Shown here in pieces: positions 10,456 to 18,281 of a stretch of DNA of 64,000 nucleotides; positions within the stretch are counted from its first letter, which is position 1, and every line of letters begins with the position of its first letter. The position numbers and the translations under genes are program-made. The DNA comes from Tepidisphaera sp. (GTDB lineage Bacteria > Planctomycetota > Phycisphaerae > Phycisphaerales > UBA1924), in the NCBI GenBank assembly GCA_050916045.1, contig CP051526.1, positions 672,001 to 736,000 of the forward strand, read 5' to 3'. Under the pieces are notes generated by a model that did no database searches, had not been told where the DNA came from, and saw nothing but the letters and a program-made list of their open reading frames with translations.

Positions 10456-10516
10456 CGTGAACAGACGCCCGCGGTTCAAAGCGACGCTGGGCTTTCGGTG
10501 GAGGAAGCTGCTACCC

Positions 10517-10936
10517 ATGTCGAAGACACCGCGGCAAGTATTCGAGCTCTGGGTGCCCGCGTTCAACGCGCGCGATGCGGAGGCAGCGGCCTCGCTGTAT
10601 GCGGCCGACGCCGTGAATACCCAGTTTGCTGCCGGCCCCCCGGTCGTCGGGCGTGAGCAGATGCAATCGGGCCTCCGCGAGTTCTTTATCGCGTTTCCGG
10701 ATGTCACGACTACTCCGGTTGGAATCTACACCGATGGAGATTAGGCGATTGTTGAATGGATCGGCACTGGCATGTGGAGGGGACCTTTCCTGGGCCGGAT
10801 GCCAAGCGGCCGATCGTACTCGCTGCGGGGATGCGGCTTCTTTAGGGTGCAGAACGGGCTCATCCATGAGCAGCGCGGGTATTTGGACCGGGCCACATGG
10901 TTCGGGCAGATTGGGCTACTGATCGATCAGCCCTAG
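10517..10936 (+). pseudogene. SnoaL/NTF2-like (ester cyclase) gene interrupted by an in-frame TAG at 10742-10744
   Basis: AFNARDAEAAASLYAADAV...FIAFPD...DGD*AIVEWIGTG...GCGFFRVQNGLIHEQRGYLD continues in frame past the stop. Confidence 0.8.
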
Positions 10937-10969
10937 ATCCTTGACGGTGCACTGCTCAAGGGCCCGAAC

Positions 10970-11012
10970 GCCTTCCAGAAAAAGTTCTATTGGCGTACTG
11001 ACACCCTGATTT
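10970..11012 (+). repeat. att-like site copy 4 (distal island boundary)
   Basis: GCCTTCCAGAAAAAGTTCTATTGGCGTA-CTGACACCCTGATTT. Confidence 0.9.
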
Positions 11013-11195
11013 CTCTCAGCCCGTGGTCCCGAGCGTGACGGCCCCCAATTGGCTAGCGCACACGAAAGCCGGGCATCCGTTACACTCCGCGTTTCCAAGC
11101 GTTCGCCCTCGACCGAGGACGACTTTCGCCGGGGGAAACCGCTGGCGGGAGCGATCTCGGATCGGTCGGCGCATCGCCGGAGATTCGGAGCGTCC

Positions 11196-13433
11196 ATGAA
11201 ATTCGCCAGGGTTCTTCTCTGCTCAGCGGTCCTTTGCGCCGCTGCCGCTTCGGCACGCTCGGATGACAAGCCCGGTCACTCCAAACACGGCAGCGCCTTC
11301 GACACCGGCCTGCGCCAGAAGCCGTGGCGCATGGAGGGGATCGGCCAAGCGCACTTCCCGATCACGACCAAGGTCCCCGAGGTCCAGGAGTGGTTCGATC
11401 AGGGCAACGCCCTGCTTCACTCCTTCTGGTACGAGGAAGCAGAGCGCTCCTTCCGCTGGTGCCTCAAGCTCGACCCCGACTGCGCCATGGCCTACTGGGG
11501 CCTCGCTCGTACCGGCCTCAGCTGGTCCACGGGCCTCTCCGACATCCCCGACATCAAGCGATACCGAGACTTCCTCAAAGAGGCCGTCCGGCGACAGGAC
11601 TCCGTCACGCCCCGCGAGCGGATGTACATCCGGGCGTGGGATGAAGCCATGCGAATGGACGCACCCGAACGCGTCACGACGCTCAATCGCAAGCTTCACG
11701 AGCTGGTGCTCGCGTTCCCCGACGATGTCGAAGCCCGCACGCTCCTCGCGATGTTCTCGATCGGAATGGGCGGCCCGCTCGGAACCGAGATGATCGTCCG
11801 CGACGTGCTCCGCCAGGCTCCCGACCATCCCGGAGCCCACCACACCCGCATCCACAACTGGGACGGGAAGTTCGCCGAGCAAGCGATCCCAAGCTGCCAG
11901 GCTTACGGCCGGATCGCTCCGGGGATCGGCCACTCCAACCACATGCCCGGCCACAACTACTCGAAGATCGGGATGTGGCACGAAGCGGCCCGCTCAATGG
12001 ACGCCGCGACCCGCGTCGAACTCCGCTACATGAACGAGCGGCTCGCGCTCCCCTTTGAGACGTGGAACTACGCCCACAACCGAAACTACCTCTGCTACAT
12101 CCAGGAGCAGCTCGGCATGGCGGAAGCTTCGCTCCGTGGCTCCCGCGACCTCCGAGCCGCTCCGCGGGAACCCAAACGCGGCGAGGGGCCCGAATACGGC
12201 ATCCCCGAGCAGGGCCTGATCGCGCAGATCCGCGCGATGATCAAGTTCGAGCGCTGGGACGACATCCTCAAACCCGACGAGATCGAGTGGCCCGAAGGTG
12301 AAGACTTCAAGCTGCCCCGTGCCTTCGCCGAAACCCTCGCGTACATCGGACAGGGCAAGCTCGTCGACGCCCGCGTCCGCCTCGGAGAAGCCAAGGATCT
12401 CCTCCGGAATCCGCCCGGCGGCCCCGCCGGCGGACCCCCGATGCCCTCGCTCTTCCCGCTCCCGCCGGTCGCTCCCTTTGCGATCGAGATGAGCATCGCC
12501 GAGGGCCTCCTCTGCGCCGCCGAGGGCAACCTCCTCGACGCCACCCGCTTCCTCACCGAAGCCGCCGCCGCGGAGAAAAAGCTCCGTGAAGCCGAGTTCT
12601 ACCCCAACGACCCGCCCGACGCGGCGTGGCCCGCCATGCGGCTGCTCGGCGATGTCTACCTCCGGGCCGGCGAACACCGCCTCGCGATCGAAGCCTACGG
12701 CCGGGCTCTCGAACAGGAACGCAACGACGCGTTCTCTCTCGCCGGGCTCGCCCAGGCCTGCTTCCGCTCCGGCGATCGCGTCAAAGCAACCGAGTACGCC
12801 GGCCGGTTCGCCGCCGTCTGGTCCGGCTGCGACCCCGGACTGCGCTGGAAAGCCGAGGTCGACGCTCTGGGCCTCAGCGCGGCTCCCCTCGCCGTCACCC
12901 CGCTGGTCGAGCGTCCCTACACGCTCGACGTGCAGAAAGATCTCGGCCCGCTCGACTGGGAACCCTTCGCCGCTCCCAAGCTCGACTGCACGGACACGGA
13001 CGGCAAAGCCGTCGCTCTCGAAGACCTCCGCGGCAAGAACATCATCCTCGTCTTCTACCTCGGCGACCAGTGCCCGCACTGCGTCGAACAGTTGATCGCC
13101 CTCAACGCGAGAGCCGCCGACTGGGAAGCCGAGAACACCGTCGTGCTCGCGATCAGCAGCACCTCCCCCGCAGACAACAAATCCTCCGAAAAGCTCGGCA
13201 AGCTCGCGATGCGTCTGCTCTCCGACAAAGACCACGAAAACGCGAGGCGGTTCACCTCCTACGACGACTTCGAGGAAATGGAACTGCACTCGACGATTCT
13301 CATCGACGCCAAGGGACGTGTCCACTGGAAACGCACCGGCGGCGACCCCTTCATGGACCTGGACTTCCTGCAAGCCTCGCTCAAGCGGATGAACGGCAAG
13401 CCGGATAGCACCGAGCCCGCCAAGGGAGGGTGA
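11196..13433 (+). CDS. Secreted TPR-repeat protein with C-terminal peroxiredoxin/redoxin (AhpC-TSA) domain
   Basis: Signal peptide; FDQGNALLHSFWYEEAERSF/DPDCAMAYWGLA TPR block; HMPGH; LEDLRGKNIILVFYLGDQCPHCVEQL. Confidence 0.8.
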   Translation: MKFARVLLCSAVLCAAAASARSDDKPGHSKHGSAFDTGLRQKPWRMEGIGQAHFPITTKVPEVQEWFDQGNALLHSFWYEEAERSFRWCLKLDPDCAMAYWGLARTGLSWSTGLSDIPDIKRYRDFLKEAVRRQDSVTPRERMYIRAWDEAMRMDAPERVTTLNRKLHELVLAFPDDVEARTLLAMFSIGMGGPLGTEMIVRDVLRQAPDHPGAHHTRIHNWDGKFAEQAIPSCQAYGRIAPGIGHSNHMPGHNYSKIGMWHEAARSMDAATRVELRYMNERLALPFETWNYAHNRNYLCYIQEQLGMAEASLRGSRDLRAAPREPKRGEGPEYGIPEQGLIAQIRAMIKFERWDDILKPDEIEWPEGEDFKLPRAFAETLAYIGQGKLVDARVRLGEAKDLLRNPPGGPAGGPPMPSLFPLPPVAPFAIEMSIAEGLLCAAEGNLLDATRFLTEAAAAEKKLREAEFYPNDPPDAAWPAMRLLGDVYLRAGEHRLAIEAYGRALEQERNDAFSLAGLAQACFRSGDRVKATEYAGRFAAVWSGCDPGLRWKAEVDALGLSAAPLAVTPLVERPYTLDVQKDLGPLDWEPFAAPKLDCTDTDGKAVALEDLRGKNIILVFYLGDQCPHCVEQLIALNARAADWEAENTVVLAISSTSPADNKSSEKLGKLAMRLLSDKDHENARRFTSYDDFEEMELHSTILIDAKGRVHWKRTGGDPFMDLDFLQASLKRMNGKPDSTEPAKGG

Positions 13434-13456
13434 CCCTTCGTCCGATCTCGCCCGGA

Positions 13457-14029
13457 TCACCGCTTCGGCCGCTTGCCAGCCGCTTTCCGTGTCGTCTTCC
13501 TCGCCGCCTTCCCGGCCGCTTTGCCATCCGCCTGGCCGGCAACCTTGCCATTCTTGCGGCGACTCGCGGCGGTCTCCCGGATGAGGATTGCGCCGCGGCC
13601 CTTTTCGGCGAAGGGAACGCGGTGGTTCGCGATGGCGTGCTCGATGAGCGCGACCACACCGGGCTTTCGAAGCATCGCCGAAGACTCGACTCGGATCCAC
13701 CGCGTCTGCCCGCCCGAACCGTTGAGCAATCTTTCCGGATCCGTGAGCGCCTTGCCGAAGTTGAAGTAGAGCTTGACCCCGTCCGCATCGCCCCGAATCG
13801 CGAAAACACCCTCGTACCCGCGCTCGTCGGGCGAGACGCTGATGATCACCGCATCGCGGTACTCGTAGACAATCTCGATCGCCGTCGGAAGCCGCTTGCG
13901 GAGGGCTCTCCGCGTCGCCTTCACCAAAGCCGCGTCCCCGCCCGCATGCTCCGCGACCAGCTTGCTCAGCGAAGCCTCCGCGGCCCGGCGTTCAGTCGTG
14001 GATTGGATGCTTGGCTTTGTGGTGATCAA
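13457..14029 (-). CDS. DUF1801 (YdhG-like) protein with basic C-terminal tail; start uncertain
   Basis: LPTAIEIVYEY...VKLYFNFGKALTDPERLLNGSGGQTRWI resembles the DUF1801 core. Confidence 0.6.
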   Translation of the reverse strand: MITTKPSIQSTTERRAAEASLSKLVAEHAGGDAALVKATRRALRKRLPTAIEIVYEYRDAVIISVSPDERGYEGVFAIRGDADGVKLYFNFGKALTDPERLLNGSGGQTRWIRVESSAMLRKPGVVALIEHAIANHRVPFAEKGRGAILIRETAASRRKNGKVAGQADGKAAGKAARKTTRKAAGKRPKR

Positions 14030-14319
14030 GGCGAGTCCTCTACGGAATGGTCGAAGTCCGGATCGCATGTTAATCGGGACTGCGAACCCCCGTGCGTTCC
14101 GCGAGGCTCATGCGAAGACGATTCCGGGGCGCAACAGCGGTCTGCCCTCGCGTGCGACGGCGTGGCGTTCGCGTGGCTCTGCTCCCGGTAAACATGATCG
14201 CCTCTGATCCGCCGCTTGCGACCCAGCGGATTCAGCGTCCTCCAACTCTCAGAGGCAGCCCAACGCAAAGCCCGGAACGCCCTTCCCGACCGTCAAATCA
14301 AGACCCAGCGGCGACCGGC

Positions 14320-14366
14320 TTGACTCCGCGTCCGACGCGCCCAATAGTTGCACAATGACGCAAGTA
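14320..14366 (+). promoter_or_regulatory. Putative arsR promoter with overlapping operator
   Basis: TTGACT-17nt-AATAGT ending 6 nt before the ATG; imperfect inverted repeat TAGTTGC-ACAATGAC-GCAAGTA spans the start codon. Confidence 0.45.
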
Positions 14367-14750
14367 CGCAAGCGAAAGACCCCCGCGACCCCCAAGCAGG
14401 CCGCCGCCTGCGGGGGGCCCCTCGACAGCCTCCTCGACCCCGAGCTCTTCAAAGCTCTCGCCGACCCCACCCGCGCCACCCTCATCGCCTGCATCGCCAA
14501 GTGCGGCCGCGGATGCTCCGTCGGTGAGGTCGCCGAGTGCTGCTCCGTCGATTTCTCCGTCGTCTCCCGCCATCTCGCGATGCTCGCCCGGTCCGGCGTG
14601 CTCGAAGCCAAAAAGGAAGGCCGCACCGTGTTCTACCGCGTCCGCTACGCCGAACTCGGCAAAGCCTTCCGCTCGCTCGCGGACGCCCTGCAAGATTGCT
14701 GCCCGGATTCCGGCTGCGAAGGAGGCTCCTGCAATGGCAACTGCCGCTGA
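14355..14750 (+). CDS. arsR: ArsR/SmtB metalloid-sensing repressor
   Basis: FKALADPTR, VSRHLAML, EGRTVFYRV; Cys-rich C-terminus CCPDSGC..C..C. Confidence 0.9.
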   Translation: MTQVRKRKTPATPKQAAACGGPLDSLLDPELFKALADPTRATLIACIAKCGRGCSVGEVAECCSVDFSVVSRHLAMLARSGVLEAKKEGRTVFYRVRYAELGKAFRSLADALQDCCPDSGCEGGSCNGNCR

Positions 14751-16095
14751 TCCCATCCGCGTTCTCTTTCTCTGTACCGGAAACTCCTGCCGAAGCCAGA
14801 TGGCCGAGGGCTGGGCCCGCGCCCTCCACGGCTCACGGATCCACGCCCTTTCCGCTGGCACCCACCCCAGCACCCTCAACCCCCTCGCCGTCCGAGCGAT
14901 GGCCGAAGCCGGCGTCGACATCTCCAAGCACTCCGCCAAGACCGTTGCCCAAATCGCAACCCCCTTCGACGTCGTCGTCACCGTCTGCGACGCCGCGGGC
15001 CAAGCCTGCCCGACGCTACCCGGTGTGCGCGCCATTCACGCCGCTTTCGACGACCCGCCCCGCCTCGCGGCCAGTGCCGCGAACGACGACCAAGCGATGC
15101 CGCACTACCGCCGCGTTCGCGACGAGATCAAAGCGTTCATCCAGAACCTCCCCGCCACCCTGCTCCCAACCCCCTCCGGAGAACCCGCCATGACCAAGCG
15201 TTCCTGCTGCGATGATTCCTGCTGCTCACCCGCAACCGCCGGTCAGACTTCCGCGCCGGTCGCCGCCGATGCCAACACCGTGCGCGAACAGGTCCGCGAC
15301 GGCTACGCCAAAATCGCCCAGGGCGGCTCCTGCGGGCCAAGCGGCGGCGGCTGCTGCGGCGCCGTCACCTTCCTCCCCGACGACCTTGCCAAAGCGATCG
15401 GCTACGTGAGCGGGGAACTCTCCGCCGTTCCTCAGGGTGCCAACATGGGCCTCTCCTGCGGCAACCCGACCGCGATCGCTTCGCTCAAGCCCGGCGAGGT
15501 CGTGCTCGACCTCGGCGCAGGCGGCGGCTTTGACTGCTTCGTCGCCGGCCCCAAGGTCGGCAAGACCGGCCGCGTCATCGGCGTCGACATGACTCCCGAC
15601 ATGCTCACCAAAGCCCGCCGCAACATCGAAACCTACCGCTCGCGGACCGGCCTCGACAACGTCGAGTTCCGCCTCGGCGAGATCGAAGCCCTCCCCGTCG
15701 CCGACGCCTCCGTCGACGTCGTCATCTCCAACTGCGTCCTCAACCTCTCCCCCGACAAGCCGCGCGTCTGGCGCGAGATCGCCCGTGTCCTCAAGCCCGG
15801 CGGCCGCGTCGCCGTCTCCGACCTCGCCCTCGTCCGGCCCCTTCCCGAAGCCGTGCAAGCCGACGTCCAAGCCCTCGTCGGATGCGTCGCCGGCGCCGTC
15901 CTCGTCGAAGAATCCCGCGCCATGGCCCAAGCCGCCGGCCTCCAACACATCACGCTTACCCCCAAGCCCGAGTACATCGACGCCATGACCAACTGGGAGG
16001 ACCCCCTCTACCGCGCCATCATCGCCAAGCTCCCCCCCGGCTCCAAGCCCAGCGACTACGTCACAAGCCTCGACGTCTCGGCAATCAAGCCCTGA
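14734..16095 (+). CDS. arsM: Fused arsenate reductase (LMW-PTP type ArsC, ~aa 1-150) and arsenite S-adenosylmethionine methyltransferase (ArsM)
   Basis: [24 protein letters not shown] and FDDP (ArsC), then [33 protein letters not shown] and GCVAGA (ArsM) in one frame with no stop; internal GGAG..ATG at 15190. Confidence 0.88.
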   Translation: MATAADPIRVLFLCTGNSCRSQMAEGWARALHGSRIHALSAGTHPSTLNPLAVRAMAEAGVDISKHSAKTVAQIATPFDVVVTVCDAAGQACPTLPGVRAIHAAFDDPPRLAASAANDDQAMPHYRRVRDEIKAFIQNLPATLLPTPSGEPAMTKRSCCDDSCCSPATAGQTSAPVAADANTVREQVRDGYAKIAQGGSCGPSGGGCCGAVTFLPDDLAKAIGYVSGELSAVPQGANMGLSCGNPTAIASLKPGEVVLDLGAGGGFDCFVAGPKVGKTGRVIGVDMTPDMLTKARRNIETYRSRTGLDNVEFRLGEIEALPVADASVDVVISNCVLNLSPDKPRVWREIARVLKPGGRVAVSDLALVRPLPEAVQADVQALVGCVAGAVLVEESRAMAQAAGLQHITLTPKPEYIDAMTNWEDPLYRAIIAKLPPGSKPSDYVTSLDVSAIKP

Positions 16096-16126
16096 ACACA
16101 CCTCCGGCGGACGCAAATTCCAGCGT

Positions 16127-16143
16127 ACTTGCATTTTGCAAGT
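16127..16143. promoter_or_regulatory. Palindromic operator upstream of the dinB-like/hxlR-like genes
   Basis: ACTTGCA-TTT-TGCAAGT perfect inverted repeat next to a TACGGT -10-like box. Confidence 0.6.
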
Positions 16144-16163
16144 GATAAGCCTACGGTTGGTCC

Positions 16164-16784
16164 ATGGCCACTTCCCAAGCCGCCGCCCCAACCAACTCGC
16201 CAACCCTCGCACCTCCCGGCGCGGGCATCCCCGCAATCGAACGCTGGATCGGCGGCCTCATCTTCGCTTTCTCCCGCTGGCGGGGAACGCCCGATCAGTT
16301 CACCGCACGCTTCCTAAACGAGCGGCAAGCCATCCGCAACCTCTACACCTCCGCCGACGAAACCCGCCTCAAACGCCGCGTCCTCATCCCCCGCCTCCGC
16401 GGCTTGGAAGACAGCAGCCGGTTCTGGTCCGTCTGGATGACCCTGGATCACCTCCGCATCGTCAACACCCAGATCGCCATGGTCGTGCTCCAGCTCTCCC
16501 GCGGCCGCATTCCGCCCGGCCAAGCCAGCACCGCCGCCGTCAAGCCGACCCCCGACGTCGGACCCGAGATCGTCCAGGCCTACGAAGCGTCCTGCGATGA
16601 GCTTCTCGCCGCCGTCGCCAGACAAGCCGAGCCGCACGACCAGTCCTCCGCGAGCAAACCCCGATACGCTCATCCGTGGTTCGGGCCCCTTGATGCCAAG
16701 GGGTGGCACGCCATGGCGGCGATGCACATGGGCATCCATCGCGCCCAGATCCAGCGGATACTGCAGACGATCTCCGGAGGATGA
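16164..16784 (+). CDS. DinB/YfiT-like superfamily protein
   Basis: WSVWMTLDHL, HPWFGPL, H-x3-H (HMGIHRAQI). Confidence 0.8.
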   Translation: MATSQAAAPTNSPTLAPPGAGIPAIERWIGGLIFAFSRWRGTPDQFTARFLNERQAIRNLYTSADETRLKRRVLIPRLRGLEDSSRFWSVWMTLDHLRIVNTQIAMVVLQLSRGRIPPGQASTAAVKPTPDVGPEIVQAYEASCDELLAAVARQAEPHDQSSASKPRYAHPWFGPLDAKGWHAMAAMHMGIHRAQIQRILQTISGG

Positions 16785-17146
16785 TGGTGGCGGCAGCGAA
16801 AGACAAGCACGACCGACGCTCACCCTGCCCCGTCGCGGCCACCCTCGACCTCATCGGCGACCGTTGGACGCTCCTGATCATCCGCGACCTCTTCGCGGGA
16901 AAGTCCCGCTATCAGGAACTCGCCGGTTCTCCAGAGAAGATCGCGACCAACATCCTCGCCGCACGCCTCCAGCGCCTCCAGGATGCCGGCCTCATCGCCG
17001 CAGCACCCTCCGCACAGCGGGCCGGAAGCTTCGAGTACACGCTCACCGACCGCGGAAGATCCCTCCGCCCGCTCGTCGTCGCCATGCGCGACTGGGGTCT
17101 CGAGCACGTCCCCGGGACCCAAGCCCTCATCCGCGCCAAAGCCTGA
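16781..17146 (+). CDS. HxlR-family winged-helix transcriptional regulator
   Basis: RSPCPVAATLDLIGDRWTLLIIRDL, LAARLQRL, EYTLTDRGRSL; ATGA overlap with the upstream gene. Confidence 0.9.
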   Translation: MMVAAAKDKHDRRSPCPVAATLDLIGDRWTLLIIRDLFAGKSRYQELAGSPEKIATNILAARLQRLQDAGLIAAAPSAQRAGSFEYTLTDRGRSLRPLVVAMRDWGLEHVPGTQALIRAKA

Positions 17147-17241
17147 TCCGCCGCCGCTCGCCAGAGCCCGCGCGAGCCCGGCCCCAGGTTCCACCAGACC
17201 CAATCGGCGTACCGTCCCGAGCAACCCTCGGAGCGATCGAC

Positions 17242-18237
17242 ATGACTCGACGACTGACCCTCTCCCTCATCGCCGCTTGCTCGCTCGGAACACTCGGCTG
17301 CCAGACCAAGCCCGCCGCTCCCCCCGCGATGTCCGGCAATCCGATCCTCCCCGGCCGCTACGCCGACCCGGAAGCCGTCGTCATCGGCGACACCTACTGG
17401 ATCTACCCCACGGCTTCCCAGCGATACGACCAGCAGACCTACCTCGACGCGTTCTCCTCACCCGACCTCGTCCACTGGACCAAGCACCCCCGCGTCCTCG
17501 AGAAAAGCAGCGTGTCCTGGGCCAAGCGCGCCATGTGGGCCCCCGCTTTCGCTCAGCACAACGGCAAGTACTTCCTCTTCTTCGGCGCCAACGACATCCA
17601 GTCCGACAAAGAGCTCGGCGGTATCGGTGTCGCCGTCGCCGACAAGCCCGAAGGCCCCTTCAAGGATCACATCGGTAAGCCCCTCATCGACGCGTTCCAC
17701 AACGGCGCCCAGCCCATCGACCAGGGCTTCTTCCGAGACACCGACGGCGCCTGCTACCTCCTCTACGGCGGCTGGCGACACTGCAACCTCGTCAAGCTCA
17801 ACAAGGACTTCACCGGCCTCGAGCCCCTCCCCGACGGCACGATGTTCAAGGAAATCACGCCCGAGGGCTACGTCGAAGGCGCGTACATGTTCCTCCGCGG
17901 CGGCAAGTACTACTTCATGTGGTCCGAGGGCGGCTGGACCGGCCCGGACTACTCCGTCGCCTACGCCGTCGCCGACTCCATCCACGGCCCCTTCAAACGC
18001 GCCGGAAAGATCCTCCAGCAGGACCCCACGGTCGCCCGCGGAGCCGGTCACCACAGCGTCCTCAAACGCCCCGGCCACGACGAGTACTACATCGTCTACC
18101 ACCGCCGTCCCCTGGACATGACGGACCGCGACGACCGCTTCGTCTGCATCGAACGCATGCAGTTCGACGCCGAAGGCCGGATCCTGCCCGTCAAGATCAC
18201 CTTCGACGGCGTCCCCGCGATCGGACCAGCCCGCTAA
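17242..18237 (+). CDS. Glycoside hydrolase family 43 lipoprotein
   Basis: NPILPGRYADP, MWAP, QPID, YVEG, GHHSV; lipobox LGTLGC. Confidence 0.9.
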   Translation: MTRRLTLSLIAACSLGTLGCQTKPAAPPAMSGNPILPGRYADPEAVVIGDTYWIYPTASQRYDQQTYLDAFSSPDLVHWTKHPRVLEKSSVSWAKRAMWAPAFAQHNGKYFLFFGANDIQSDKELGGIGVAVADKPEGPFKDHIGKPLIDAFHNGAQPIDQGFFRDTDGACYLLYGGWRHCNLVKLNKDFTGLEPLPDGTMFKEITPEGYVEGAYMFLRGGKYYFMWSEGGWTGPDYSVAYAVADSIHGPFKRAGKILQQDPTVARGAGHHSVLKRPGHDEYYIVYHRRPLDMTDRDDRFVCIERMQFDAEGRILPVKITFDGVPAIGPAR

Positions 18238-18281
18238 GCCCCGGTTTCGAGCCTTCCCAGCCCGCCGTATGATGCCCCGGC

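Larger units (their letters stand above)
7113..11012. mobile_element. tRNA-Pro-anchored tandem cassette island delimited by att-like repeats; no integrase inside
   Basis: The tRNA 3' end CTGTCACCCTGATT recurs at 8859, 10442 and 10998 (1 mismatch), and degenerately at ~10345; each copy is preceded by a shared arm; the enclosed DNA lacks the host's strong C-ending codon bias. Confidence 0.75.

Noticed and set aside
10742..10744. Pyrrolysine or recoded amber codon
   Set aside because: TAG serves as a normal stop elsewhere in the window and no pyl genes are present; a TGG>TAG change is simpler
7113..11012. CRISPR array or classical integron reading of the repeats
   Set aside because: Spacing is 0.1-1.7 kb with whole genes between copies; no cas or intI gene; no attC R''/R' hairpin structure visible
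13457..18237. Extension of the tRNA island to cover the ars/dinB/GH43 genes
   Set aside because: No further att-like copies seen beyond 11012, and these genes show host-like codon bias
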